A program made the translations under genes and the position numbers. Below the pieces are notes generated by a model. It was not told the DNA's origin. It did not search any database and saw only the letters and a list, made by a program, of their open reading frames with translations. A DNA stretch of 64,000 bases from Candidatus Bathyarchaeota archaeon (GTDB lineage: Archaea; Thermoproteota; Bathyarchaeia; TCS64), in the NCBI GenBank assembly GCA_017883585.1, contig JADGNG010000070.1:10330-74329 (forward strand), read 5' to 3'. Positions 19,312 through 28,751 of the stretch are shown one piece after another. Each line of letters starts with the position of its first letter. Within the stretch, counting starts at the first letter, position 1.

Positions 19312-20337
19312 ATGCCCCCAAATAGCAGACTCCGTACCGGAAAAGTGCCCAGCGACGTTCTCAAGCGATGTGTTCTCAACCGCCTCGGTGCGCAGTCCGA
19401 CAGGGTGATCAGGGGAGCCGCCATCGGTGAAGACGCCTCAATCATAGACATTGGAGCCAAGGTTCTCGTCGCGAAAGCCAACCCCATCACTGGGGCGGAG
19501 GTAAACATAGGTAGACTCGTAGTACACGTCAACGCCAACGACGTCGCCGCACGAGGCGCCAAGCCGCTCTGGTTCATGAACACCATCTTACTCCCCGAGG
19601 GCTGCACGGAGGGGAAACTCGCGGAGATAATGGATGAGATAAACCGAGCCTGCACAGAGCTCGGCGTTGAGATAATTGGCGGCCACACCGAGTGCGTCGC
19701 GGGTCTAGAGAAGCCGATAGTGTCAGGATTCATGATGGGGGAGGCCTCGAAGAGTAGGTACGTCACAACAGGAGGAGCGAAGCCAGGTGATAGGATCATA
19801 CTCACGAAGACTGCTGGGCTCGAGGGGACGAGCATACTCGCCTCGGACCTCGAGGAGAAGCTGAGGAGGAAGAAAGTCGATCCCAAGACCCTGCAGAGGG
19901 CGCGCAGTATGATCGACTCAATCAGCGTTGTCCCCGAGGCCCTCAAGGCTGTAGAGGCTGGTGGCGTCCACTCTATGCACACACCAACCGAGGGAGGGAT
20001 TATAAACGGGCTTTTCGAGATGGGCGCTGCCGCTGGAGTCGGCCTCAGCGTCGAGGAGAACCTTATACCAGTCGCCCCCGAAACGAGCATTATCTGCGAT
20101 ACACTCGATATTGACCCACTCAAGCTACTCAGTTCGGGCTCCCTGCTGATGGCGGTGAGCGACTCGAGCGTCGGCAAGGTCCTCGACACCTTAGAGAGCA
20201 TTGGGGTCCAAGCTACCATCATAGGAGAGGTAAAGGAGAGGTCCGAGGGGAGGGTCATAACCCGAACAAACGGGACCCAGAAGACTATAGACCCCGTCCG
20301 CCAAGACGAGCTATTCAGGCTCCTAGGCAAGGACTAG
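19312..20337 (+). CDS. AIR synthase-related (PurM-superfamily) protein
   Basis: GEDASIIDIG, VHVNANDVAARGAKPLW and GGHTE motifs of the PurM/HypE/ThiL fold. It lacks the HypE C-terminal PRxC. Confidence 0.75.
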   Translation: MPPNSRLRTGKVPSDVLKRCVLNRLGAQSDRVIRGAAIGEDASIIDIGAKVLVAKANPITGAEVNIGRLVVHVNANDVAARGAKPLWFMNTILLPEGCTEGKLAEIMDEINRACTELGVEIIGGHTECVAGLEKPIVSGFMMGEASKSRYVTTGGAKPGDRIILTKTAGLEGTSILASDLEEKLRRKKVDPKTLQRARSMIDSISVVPEALKAVEAGGVHSMHTPTEGGIINGLFEMGAAAGVGLSVEENLIPVAPETSIICDTLDIDPLKLLSSGSLLMAVSDSSVGKVLDTLESIGVQATIIGEVKERSEGRVITRTNGTQKTIDPVRQDELFRLLGKD

Positions 20338-21162
20338 TCACTTTTCGCAGGTTATCCCCATCACGCCGGTGTGGTACTTCATCCCACAGAAACCAGCGGC
20401 TCTGAGCCGCCTCTGAACCCCCCTCTGAAGGTCCACCCCCCTGTAGCGGGACCTCGGCTCCCCCGTGTAGTGGAAGAGCTTTCCACCACTGGCCATTATA
20501 CGGTACAACTTTCTGTAGAATTCCTCGCTATAGAGATGTCCCGCATGTGTGAGACGTGGCGGGTCATGTATTACCCAGTCGAAGAAACCTCCCGGAAAAG
20601 CATCCACAACGGAGAAGCTATCACCGAGCAAGAGGCGGATCTCACCCTCGAAAAGGCGACTAGACCAGGGATTCATCTGTGCCACCATGACAACCGGAGG
20701 CTCCCTCTCCACAGAGACGACGACCTCCGCCCCCCTGACAAGGGCACCGACCGCTGTGTAGCCTAGACCCATGCAGGTGTCGAGAACCCGACCTCCATTC
20801 ACCCCGAGGACACCGAGCTTCTCGTCTGTGTCTTTATCGGGAGTGGTCTCTTTGGTCCTGTGCATCCTGACCCCATCAATCTCGAGCGTCGGCGCACATT
20901 CAGTGGGGACGAGCTTGTAAAATCTTTCAGAGGAAATGGCAACCTGGTAGAAAGAACCGTTATCGGGAAAGAACACAGCATTCTCCTTCCGAGCGATTTC
21001 TCGAATGTCATCGAGTCTCACGTCATGACCCCTTAAGTTCACGGTTTCACGTGCCACGTTAATATAGGAGGTTGATAAACCGAGGTCAAGCGATACGTTT
21101 CTTACTCCGTCAAGTATCCTCCCCGCCACATCTGGGGTAATCATAGGTGGCAATATCCTCAA
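20338..21162 (-). CDS. class I SAM-dependent methyltransferase (predicted archaeal methyltransferase type, DPPR motif)
   Basis: SAM-binding VLDTCMGLGYTA and a catalytic-type VIHDPPR motif, preceded by an N-terminal domain of about 110 aa. Confidence 0.7.
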   Translation of the reverse strand: MRILPPMITPDVAGRILDGVRNVSLDLGLSTSYINVARETVNLRGHDVRLDDIREIARKENAVFFPDNGSFYQVAISSERFYKLVPTECAPTLEIDGVRMHRTKETTPDKDTDEKLGVLGVNGGRVLDTCMGLGYTAVGALVRGAEVVVSVEREPPVVMVAQMNPWSSRLFEGEIRLLLGDSFSVVDAFPGGFFDWVIHDPPRLTHAGHLYSEEFYRKLYRIMASGGKLFHYTGEPRSRYRGVDLQRGVQRRLRAAGFCGMKYHTGVMGITCEK

Positions 21163-21430
21163 ACTAGGTGACCCACAACGAGATGCATCCCTCCGATTAA
21201 ATACCCAGCGTCAAGTAAACAGAGGTTACTTAATGGAACTGTCACGCGCGCGGTTCGGGCTAAAAATGTTAGTTATGTTCGTCAGGATTGATGCCAGCAC
21301 AGATGGTCTCGATGTGTTTCCCAAACATTAGGCAGGATTTGGTCACTTTTGAATCCACTTGTAAGTTGGCGTGTAGCTTCACTAGTAGTGTATGACCCAG
21401 CAAGTGGCATGATAAGGGCAGTAACGGCTT

Positions 21431-22687
21431 CTATCCGAGCAGACCTTTTGGGTAACTCGCCTTGTCTCCTAGCCACTCCTCGATCCTGAGGAGCTGGTTA
21501 TACTTCGCCGTCCTCTCGCCGCGGGCTGGGGCGCCGCTCTTTATCTGTCCGCAACCGATGCCTACGGAGAGGTCAGCGACCCACGGGTCCTCCGTGTCAC
21601 CGCTGCGATGGGACGCCATAATACCATACTTGTTCTTCTTCGCGAGATTCGCCGCCTCCAAAGCTTCCGTAAGGGTTCCTATCTGGTTCACCTTCCACAG
21701 GAGTGCGTTGCAAGCCCCCATCTCTATGCCTTTTGCTAGCCTTTTTGGGTTGGTCACGAATAGGTCGTCACCAACGATCTGGGTGGGGAGGAGCTTCGTC
21801 GCCTTCGCGAAACCCTCGTAGTCCTCCTCCTGTATCGGGTCCTCGATGCTGATTATCGGGTATGCTGCTACCAGCTCCCGGTAAAGCTCAATCAATTCAT
21901 CGGTGTCGTAATTGACTCCTGCTACTGTGTAGGAGTTGTCCTTGTAGAAGGTACTTGAGGCTACATCTATTCCGATCTTGACTTCATCTACATAGCCAGC
22001 ATCCTGGATCGCGCCCCAGAGTGCTTCGAGCGCCTCCTCAGGTGTCTTCACCGGGGGGGCGAAGCCGCCCTCGTCCCCGACATTTATCGATGTCTTACCA
22101 TACGCCTTTTGGAGGCGACCCTTGAGGCTCTGGTAGACTTCGGTGCCCATGCGCAGGGCCTCTCGGAAGTTCTCCGCTCCAGTGGGGGCTATCATGAACT
22201 CTTGGAAGTCCAGTTGGTTACCGGCGTGCTTACCGCCATTGACGACGTTGAAGAACGGAACAGGAAGAAGAGACGAGTCCTTGTCGATGTATTCGTACAG
22301 ACGAAGGCCATCTGAGGCTGCTGCGGCTCGTGCGCAGGCTAGGCTTACTCCAAGCATCGCATTGCCACCTAGCTTGGACTTGTTCTCAGTGCCGTCGATT
22401 TCAATCATCAACCCATCGATGTTAGCCTGCTGTCTAACATCCATGCCAAGTAGCTTCGGTTGAAGGGTTTTGACAACGGCAGCGACCGCATTCGTAACTC
22501 CTTTGCCACCGTAACGTTTTCCGCCGTCTCGGAGTTCCACTGCCTCGTATATTCCGGTCGAGGCGCCGCTCGGGACCGCAGCGGAGACTATTATTTCACC
22601 CTCTGTGGCGACGTCGACCTCGATGGTTGGGTTGCCTCTACTATCCAGAATCTCCCTGGCTTTGACCGATTTTATTGAGTACCGCAT
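21431..22687 (-). CDS. eno: enolase (phosphopyruvate hydratase)
   Basis: VKAREILDSRGNPTIEVDV, SGASTGIYEA and SHRSGDTED are canonical enolase motifs. Confidence 0.95.
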   Translation of the reverse strand: MRYSIKSVKAREILDSRGNPTIEVDVATEGEIIVSAAVPSGASTGIYEAVELRDGGKRYGGKGVTNAVAAVVKTLQPKLLGMDVRQQANIDGLMIEIDGTENKSKLGGNAMLGVSLACARAAAASDGLRLYEYIDKDSSLLPVPFFNVVNGGKHAGNQLDFQEFMIAPTGAENFREALRMGTEVYQSLKGRLQKAYGKTSINVGDEGGFAPPVKTPEEALEALWGAIQDAGYVDEVKIGIDVASSTFYKDNSYTVAGVNYDTDELIELYRELVAAYPIISIEDPIQEEDYEGFAKATKLLPTQIVGDDLFVTNPKRLAKGIEMGACNALLWKVNQIGTLTEALEAANLAKKNKYGIMASHRSGDTEDPWVADLSVGIGCGQIKSGAPARGERTAKYNQLLRIEEWLGDKASYPKGLLG

Positions 22688-22748
22688 CCAATCGCACCTC
22701 TGGTTGGTGGGACTGAGGCTAGTGTTCGTAAAAATGTAGCGGTTGACT

Positions 22749-23012
22749 CTACTTCTTGCGGGCTTCCTCTATGCAGGCCACGAGGTCCCGCTCTTCGAAG
22801 GGCCAGCCGGTGATCTTCACGATTCCGTTAATAGCGATGGCGGGGACCGCCATGATGTTAAGCGACATTCCACGGGCGATGCCCTCGTCGGTGAATGTGT
22901 CGACGTCTACCAACTCAATGTCCTTGAGCCCTTGCAGAACCTTTGTGACGAGTGTCTTCGCCGCGGGACAGTAGGGGCATACAGGATTGTGGAAATACTC
23001 GATCTTGATCAA
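22749..23012 (-). CDS. small thioredoxin/glutaredoxin-like protein (CPYC active site)
   Basis: 87 aa with a redox motif NPVCPYCP and a thioredoxin-fold-sized body. It overlaps the trxB stop by 4 nt, which suggests an operon. Confidence 0.8.
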   Translation of the reverse strand: MIKIEYFHNPVCPYCPAAKTLVTKVLQGLKDIELVDVDTFTDEGIARGMSLNIMAVPAIAINGIVKITGWPFEERDLVACIEEARKK

Positions 23013-23929
23013 GTTGTTCCCTTCTGTTTCACATACTTCATTGCTGATAAGGCGGCCTTGGCGCCTTCACCCGCAGCCGTGACTACCTGCCAGGCGATGC
23101 AACAGCAGTCCCCTGCCGCGAAGAAGCCGGGTAGGTTAGTCTGCTGATTCCTGTCGACGATGATGCAACCGCCTTCGTCGGCGTCAATGCCCGCCTCTAC
23201 GAGAATATTGGAGGTCGAGATGTGCTCGAGGAGTATGAAGACGCCATCTGTAGCCAGTTTATTGACTCTACCCTCGGTGAGCTTCACCCCGGTTACAAAT
23301 TCATCGCCAACGATCTCGACGATTTCCTGCCCCTCTATGACCTCGACCTTGGGATTGTGGCGAAGAGTTGCTAACTCCGGGTAGTCTTCGCTGTATCCTT
23401 TCTTTCCGGGAATAGCTATGACTTTGGACGCTGTGTTGGTTAGGTGGATCGCATCCTGAACTGCTTCATGGCCCGAACCCACGACGGCCACTACTTTATC
23501 CTTGAAGAACGGGCCGTCGCAGATCGCGCAGTAGCTAACGCCTCTGCCCTTGAACTCCATCTCGCCGGGGACGCTGAGTTGTTTGCGCTGGATACCCGCC
23601 GCGATTATTACTGTCTTCCCCTGATGGTATCCGCCGCGCGTGGAGACTATCTTGTAGTCGCCAGCATCAGCGATCCCGATTACAGTCTCAGGCTTGAACT
23701 CAACGCCAAACCTCTTGGCCTGCCCTGTGAAGAGGTCCATCAATTCAGCGCCGGTGAGGCCCTGCGGGAAACCTGGGTAGTTCTCAATTCTATGGGCCTC
23801 AAGGGCGCGTCCCCCAACCTTCCCGCTATCAAGTAACAAGGTGCTGTGGCCTTGCCGCGCAGTGTAAATCCCCGCCGTTAACCCGGCGGGCCCCGCACCA
23901 ACGATGATGACGTCCCAGATCTTCTCCAT
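23009..23929 (-). CDS. trxB: thioredoxin-disulfide reductase
   Basis: FAD motif DVIIVGAGPAGLTAG, redox-active CAICDG, NAD(P) motif VVGSGHEA and a C-terminal GFFAAGD. Confidence 0.9.
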   Translation of the reverse strand: MEKIWDVIIVGAGPAGLTAGIYTARQGHSTLLLDSGKVGGRALEAHRIENYPGFPQGLTGAELMDLFTGQAKRFGVEFKPETVIGIADAGDYKIVSTRGGYHQGKTVIIAAGIQRKQLSVPGEMEFKGRGVSYCAICDGPFFKDKVVAVVGSGHEAVQDAIHLTNTASKVIAIPGKKGYSEDYPELATLRHNPKVEVIEGQEIVEIVGDEFVTGVKLTEGRVNKLATDGVFILLEHISTSNILVEAGIDADEGGCIIVDRNQQTNLPGFFAAGDCCCIAWQVVTAAGEGAKAALSAMKYVKQKGTT

Positions 23930-23986
23930 CCTAGACGCGCCAAGGATAGTGGACGTGAGGGTAAAAGAAAAAGGGTTTGCTGTCGC

Positions 23987-26398
23987 CTACTCTCTATACT
24001 CTTTGGACTTTTCCGCCATGTCGGCGAGGGTGTCTTGAACGAGGCGGTTTATCGTACCCACAGGATACTTCCCATCCTTACCCAGAACACCCGCTGGCAC
24101 TCCGGTCAATACCTCGATGCCCTCGTCGATCGTTGAGACGGGGTAGATATGGAACTTACCCGCCTTCATGGCGTCGATTACTTCCTGCTTTAGCATGAGG
24201 TGCTTAACGTTGCTAGCCGGGATGACAACACCGTGCTGCCCATCGAGTCCCCTCGCCTTGCATAGTTGGTAATAACCTTCGAGCTTCTCATTTACACCAC
24301 CAATGGCTTGGACCTCGCCCTTCTGATTGACTGATCCAGTGATGGCGAAGTGTTGCTTGATCGGTTTTCCGCTGAGTGCGCTGAGGATGCAGTAGAGCTC
24401 GGTACTGGAGGCGGAGTCCCCCTCGACACCGCTATAACTTTGCTCGAAGACGAGACGTGCTGTAAGGCTTAGTGGGAATTCCTTCGCGTAGCGATCATAG
24501 AGGAAACCGCTCAATATCTGGACACCCTTGGTGTGAATCGGGCCGCCCATCTGAGCCTCGCGCTCGATGTCGATGATGCCCTTCTTTCCGACTCCCGTGC
24601 TCACCGTGATCCTACTCGGCTTCCCGAAGGCGAAGTCTCCAAGGCTCATAACGCTGAGACCATTTATCTGTCCGACCTTCTCGCCGGTAGTGTCGACTAG
24701 TATAGTGCCCTCCTCGATCATCTTCTCCAGCTTCTGCTCGATTAGGTTGCTCCTATAGAGCCTCTCCTCGAGGGCCCTCTCGATGTGTTTGCCCGTGGTG
24801 AACTCGCTCTTGTCCTCGTCGGCATAGTGGGCTGCTTCCTTGATTATGTCGGAGACCTGCGAGAACCATGTGGAGAGCTTCTCCTGGTCCTCAGCTAGTC
24901 TGGAGCTATACTCAATTACAGCGGCGATGCCAGTGGTATCTAGGTGTTTTAAGTTATCCTTGTTGCATAGGGTGCACATGAAGGAGGCGTACATCTTGAT
25001 GTTCTCCTCGTTCCGCTCCATCGTCGTGTCGAAGTCGGCCTTGACCTTGAAGATCTCCTTGAAATCCCTGTCGTACTGGATGAGAAGGTAGTATATGTCA
25101 GGGCTGCCGACGATCACAATCTTGGCATTGAATGGAATAGGTTCGGGTGTCAGCGTCTTTGTTGCTATGTAACCGAGGCGCTGGGCTATATCCTCCACTT
25201 TGATCTGCTTGCTTGTTATAGTCTTCTTGAGGCTGTCCCACGCGACGGCGTCCATTAGCAAGTCCTCTACGGGTATGACTATGAAGCCGCCGTTCGCCTT
25301 GTGGATTGAACCTCCGCGGATCATCGTGTAGTCGGTCAGTAGGGCTCCGAACCGGGCTTCTTTCTGGACTATGCCGAATAGGTGTGGCTGGGTGGGGCTC
25401 ATCTCGGTGATGACAGGCGCCCCTTTGAGGTCGGAGTTGTCTACGATGAGGTTGACCTTGTAGCTGCTTGTTGGGTCTTCTGTTGCTCCAGGCATCAGGA
25501 AGGGTAGTGCGGGCTGCTGTTTCGGCTGACCGGCGGTTAGGAGGGTGTCGAGGTTATCGAGGATGTCGTTCTTGACCTCAGTGAGGAATTCCTTAACCTC
25601 ATCTATGTCTCCGTATTTTTCAAGGAGGGTCTCGAGGAGGTGGTCCATAGCGAAGGTGGCAACGTCTTTGTTGAACTTGTCGACAGCCTCCTCGGCGTTT
25701 TTATCGAGGTCTCTAAATTGTCGGAAGGCGCTCCTAAATTCGTCTTGTAGTTTCTCACGGCGCTCCCTGATCTGCTCCCTGATCTTTGGGGGTAGCGCTG
25801 TGAACTGCTCGTCTGCTATCGGTTGCCCGTTTATGACAGGGATTATCGCTATGCCTATCGGGCTGCGCTGGAGGAAGAAGCCTGCCTCGTTTGCCTTCTG
25901 GTTGATCTCCTGCCAGAGCTCGTTCTTATCGTCATCATACTTCTTCACTGTGCTACCCCGCTTTTGGGCGTAGTCTTCGCTCTCGAAGGCCTTCTGGAGC
26001 TCCTTCTTGACGTCCTCCGTGAACTTGTCCATGTCGTCGCGGAAGGTTTTACCCTTTCCCGCGGGGAGCTTTAGGGCGTTCGGCTGGTTCTGGTCCTTGA
26101 AGTTGTTGACATAGCACCAGTCCGGTGGGACCGGCATATCCTTCGCCTTCTCCTGGAGGAAACCGACGATCGCCGTTTTACGTCCCGTGCCCGACATGCC
26201 GGAGACGTATATATTGAAGCCCCCATCCTTCATCGATAGGCCGAATTGGAGTGCCTTCACGGCGCGATCCTGCCCGATTATCTGTGTGAGCGGCTGCAGC
26301 TCAGCCGTTGAGTTGCAGTTCGCGATCTCGTTCGTGCTCTTTTTCCTGGCTTTTTCGTAGCTAAGTTCGACTACCATCCGCTGTCGCCTTTTGATCAC
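23987..26398 (-). CDS. Lon-like protease with LonC-type helical insertion and atypical P-loop
   Basis: 803 aa. AAA-like N-terminal region with GMSGTGRKT (an extra Arg inside GxxGxGK[ST]), then a long charged helical insertion and a C-terminal S16 Lon proteolytic domain (GDSASSTELYCILSAL...GGVNEKLEG, a Ser-Lys dyad context). No transmembrane hairpin of the LonB type. Confidence 0.8.
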   Translation of the reverse strand: MIKRRQRMVVELSYEKARKKSTNEIANCNSTAELQPLTQIIGQDRAVKALQFGLSMKDGGFNIYVSGMSGTGRKTAIVGFLQEKAKDMPVPPDWCYVNNFKDQNQPNALKLPAGKGKTFRDDMDKFTEDVKKELQKAFESEDYAQKRGSTVKKYDDDKNELWQEINQKANEAGFFLQRSPIGIAIIPVINGQPIADEQFTALPPKIREQIRERREKLQDEFRSAFRQFRDLDKNAEEAVDKFNKDVATFAMDHLLETLLEKYGDIDEVKEFLTEVKNDILDNLDTLLTAGQPKQQPALPFLMPGATEDPTSSYKVNLIVDNSDLKGAPVITEMSPTQPHLFGIVQKEARFGALLTDYTMIRGGSIHKANGGFIVIPVEDLLMDAVAWDSLKKTITSKQIKVEDIAQRLGYIATKTLTPEPIPFNAKIVIVGSPDIYYLLIQYDRDFKEIFKVKADFDTTMERNEENIKMYASFMCTLCNKDNLKHLDTTGIAAVIEYSSRLAEDQEKLSTWFSQVSDIIKEAAHYADEDKSEFTTGKHIERALEERLYRSNLIEQKLEKMIEEGTILVDTTGEKVGQINGLSVMSLGDFAFGKPSRITVSTGVGKKGIIDIEREAQMGGPIHTKGVQILSGFLYDRYAKEFPLSLTARLVFEQSYSGVEGDSASSTELYCILSALSGKPIKQHFAITGSVNQKGEVQAIGGVNEKLEGYYQLCKARGLDGQHGVVIPASNVKHLMLKQEVIDAMKAGKFHIYPVSTIDEGIEVLTGVPAGVLGKDGKYPVGTINRLVQDTLADMAEKSKEYRE

Positions 26399-26428
26399 TG
26401 GATTAGAAGCTCGATATATAAACTCGGC

Positions 26429-26890
26429 TTAGGTTAGCCGGGTGATTAGTTCCATGAAGGTCAGTCCTTCGCCTGTTTTGAGGGTGTAGTCTCCTGGGCG
26501 TTCAGCGATGCTGAAGCACCAACCCTTGTACTTGAATTTACCCGCAAGTACGGCGTAGCGTCTGGGGTATATCTTGTGTATGTCTAAGAAGGCGTTGAGT
26601 TTGGCGACCTGGTCGGATTTGTAGTAGGAGTATTTTACCTGGCTCTTGACCTCAAAGGCGACGACCGTCGTCTTTTTAACGGCGAAGACATCGGGCAGAG
26701 GCTCAGTGCTGGGGGCACTGACTGGGACCCTGACAGCGTCGAAACCCTGTTCTCGCATCATCCCTACGAGTTCTCGTTCAGCATCGTAACCGCGTTTCTT
26801 CATAGCACGGACTTGTTTGCCGGTGAGGGTGCGTGTGAATCTCTCACGCCTCTTCTTCGGATTAGCTATGTCTCGGAGGGACACGGTCAC
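26429..26890 (-). CDS. hjc: Holliday junction resolvase Hjc
   Basis: GYDAERELVGMMREQGFDAVRVP...LPDVFAVKK..VVAFEVKS carries the Hjc catalytic E / D / E-x-K pattern. The GTG start overlaps the upstream gene stop (GTGA). The conserved core begins at internal Met30 (nt 26803), which is an alternative start. Confidence 0.8.
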   Translation of the reverse strand: MTVSLRDIANPKKRRERFTRTLTGKQVRAMKKRGYDAERELVGMMREQGFDAVRVPVSAPSTEPLPDVFAVKKTTVVAFEVKSQVKYSYYKSDQVAKLNAFLDIHKIYPRRYAVLAGKFKYKGWCFSIAERPGDYTLKTGEGLTFMELITRLT

Positions 26891-27255
26891 TCCTCTTCTT
26901 CCTTCTCTTCTGGGAGGGCTAGCTGCCCGTTCTCCAGGGGCTCGATGGCGAGTTTGAGAAGGTCGCGTAGCCAGCCACTATAAGTTGTGGCGTTGGGGTA
27001 CTTCTGATACATGCGCTTGTGGGGAACCTTTGCGACCAAGCGGAGCTGGACCATCTTGTTGACGTAGAACTTGGCGCTGCTCCGGCTTATGTCGCAGACT
27101 CGTGCAAGGTCTCCACTGGTGAAGACGGGTTTGAGATTCTTGTAGGCGAGGACAACCTTCGGAGGTAGTGGTAGGGCTGCCTTGAGTATCTCGATTAGCG
27201 ACTCCTCCCTCGACATCGTTGTCACCAGTTTGTGTTGAATTGGTTTGCCTGCCAT
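26887..27255 (-). CDS. winged-helix DNA-binding protein (uncharacterised), first gene of the hjc string
   Basis: 122 aa. FTSGDLARVCDISRSSAKFYVNKMVQLRLVAKV looks like an HTH plus wing, followed by an acidic tail. It overlaps hjc by 4 nt. Confidence 0.45.
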   Translation of the reverse strand: MAGKPIQHKLVTTMSREESLIEILKAALPLPPKVVLAYKNLKPVFTSGDLARVCDISRSSAKFYVNKMVQLRLVAKVPHKRMYQKYPNATTYSGWLRDLLKLAIEPLENGQLALPEEKEEEE

Positions 27256-27384
27256 ATAAGGCGCGATGGTTGTGACGTGATATTGTGTATAACTTTTTTA
27301 TTTTCTCCAGTGGGCTTAAATACCCCTTTATGCGCGCGCGTAAGGGCTGTAGATATTTGATGCGTGTCGAAAATAGGGCGCGCA

Positions 27385-27393
27385 TTTATAAAA
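27385..27393 (+). promoter_or_regulatory. TATA-box-like element for the 27415 gene (near-leaderless spacing)
   Basis: TTTATAAAA is centred about 26 nt upstream of the ATG at 27415. It sits in an AT-rich divergent spacer and is preceded by a GGGCGCGC tract. Confidence 0.4.
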
Positions 27394-27414
27394 TAGCATA
27401 TTGATGTTTCATTT

Positions 27415-28020
27415 ATGGCTTTGAGTAAGGACGATGGGACAAAGTCCGTAGCGCAGCTCGTGAGGGAGGCGATACAGATGAGGCCAAGCCTACTCGACTC
27501 ATTGAAGATGGGCATAGTCAACTACAGTGCGCTGGCTAGGATGCTCCAAGAGGAAATAGGAGAAGGGAGCACCGAGGCTATTAAGGCAGCTGTGATACGC
27601 ATCGCTGAGGACCTGTCGAAGGAACGCAGGCTGCAGGAGGATGAGGTCCGTGGCATACTCAAAGAGTCGAAGGTCCGTCTTCAGGACAAGATCGCCGTGC
27701 TCATCAGCCCCATTAAGCTTGACATCCCCTACCTCGTCACAGCCTACCTCACCGACAGTTATGTCTATATAGTAGACCAAACGGGGCTCGGCAAGGACTT
27801 GCCGAAACAAGTCCAGATGATGAGTAACCTAGTTGCCCTCGTCCTCCTCAGCCCGGACCGTGTAGAGACTACCCCCGGCTTCGTCGCTTTCATAACCCAG
27901 CTCATGGGGGGGCACGACATCAACATCATAGAGTTCATCAGTTGCTTCACGAACACTGTCATAGTCCTAGACACGAGGGATGCGTTGAAGGCTTTCAGCC
28001 TCCTACAGAACTACACTTAG
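27415..28020 (+). CDS. ACT-domain protein (predicted regulator of amino-acid metabolism type)
   Basis: N-terminal HTH-like segment (SVAQLVREAIQMRPS...YSALARML). The C-terminus LVALVLLSPDRVETTPGFVAFITQLMGGHDINIIEFISCFTNTVIVLD is typical of an ACT fold. Confidence 0.55.
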   Translation: MALSKDDGTKSVAQLVREAIQMRPSLLDSLKMGIVNYSALARMLQEEIGEGSTEAIKAAVIRIAEDLSKERRLQEDEVRGILKESKVRLQDKIAVLISPIKLDIPYLVTAYLTDSYVYIVDQTGLGKDLPKQVQMMSNLVALVLLSPDRVETTPGFVAFITQLMGGHDINIIEFISCFTNTVIVLDTRDALKAFSLLQNYT

Positions 28021-28274
28021 CGATTTATCGAGTATTTTTTACCCGGCCGTATTCTTTAAATTAAATCTAGCCAAATTAAACCAACTCTAGCCATCTTCAA
28101 TATACCAGCAAATTTCGATAACCCGATCCCTGCCTTCTTTGGTTGGAATCGCCTTTAAAACAGCCCGAAATATACAGTGGGGAGAGGGCTTGAAGAATGC
28201 CGCCTGCTACGCTTCAATTCTTGGGCCTTCCCTAAAAACAGCAAAGCTTTTAGTAGGAGGCTACTAACTCATGC

Positions 28275-28589
28275 TTGAGAATGGCGGAGATTTGTCCCGT
28301 CTGCGGACTCCCTAAGGACCTTTGCGTCTGCGAGGAGATGAGCCGGGAGCAGCAGCGGATAAGAATACGGTTAGAAAACCGCAAATGGAGCAAGACCTGG
28401 ACCATCATCGACGGTATCGACTCGAAGGGTGACCAGCTCAAGAAAATAGCCACGCAGCTCAAAAACAAGTGTGCATGCGGTGGAACGGCCAAGGATGAGC
28501 AGATAATGCTCATGGGCGATCACCGCGACACCGTCAAGGACATGCTGATTGAGCTTGGCTTCCCCGAGGAGAACATCGAAGTCCAGTAG
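28275..28589 (+). CDS. translation initiation factor aIF1 / SUI1
   Basis: MAEICPVCGLPKDLCVCEE zinc knuckle plus a SUI1 core (IRIRLENRKWSKTWTIIDGI...CACGGTAKD..IMLMGDHRD). The likely start is the MAEI Met at 28281. Confidence 0.9.
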   Translation: MRMAEICPVCGLPKDLCVCEEMSREQQRIRIRLENRKWSKTWTIIDGIDSKGDQLKKIATQLKNKCACGGTAKDEQIMLMGDHRDTVKDMLIELGFPEENIEVQ

Positions 28590-28751
28590 CAGTTCGGATA
28601 CCTCGACCCGTCGGCCCGTTATTAGATTCAACACCGCCTTCCTTTTTAAGAAAGGCATCCATACCACGCATTTTTGGGACGTCTTCGAATAATGGGGACA
28701 ACGTGCACGCGCCGACGCCCTTTTAACCCCGGTCCCTGAGACATAAACGGA

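Noticed and set aside
19275-20330. 351-aa ORF antisense to the AIR-synthase-related gene
   Set aside because: It mirrors the well-supported plus-strand gene almost exactly. The translation is Ser/Pro/Thr/Ala-rich low complexity with no motifs, typical of spurious antisense ORFs in GC-rich coding DNA.
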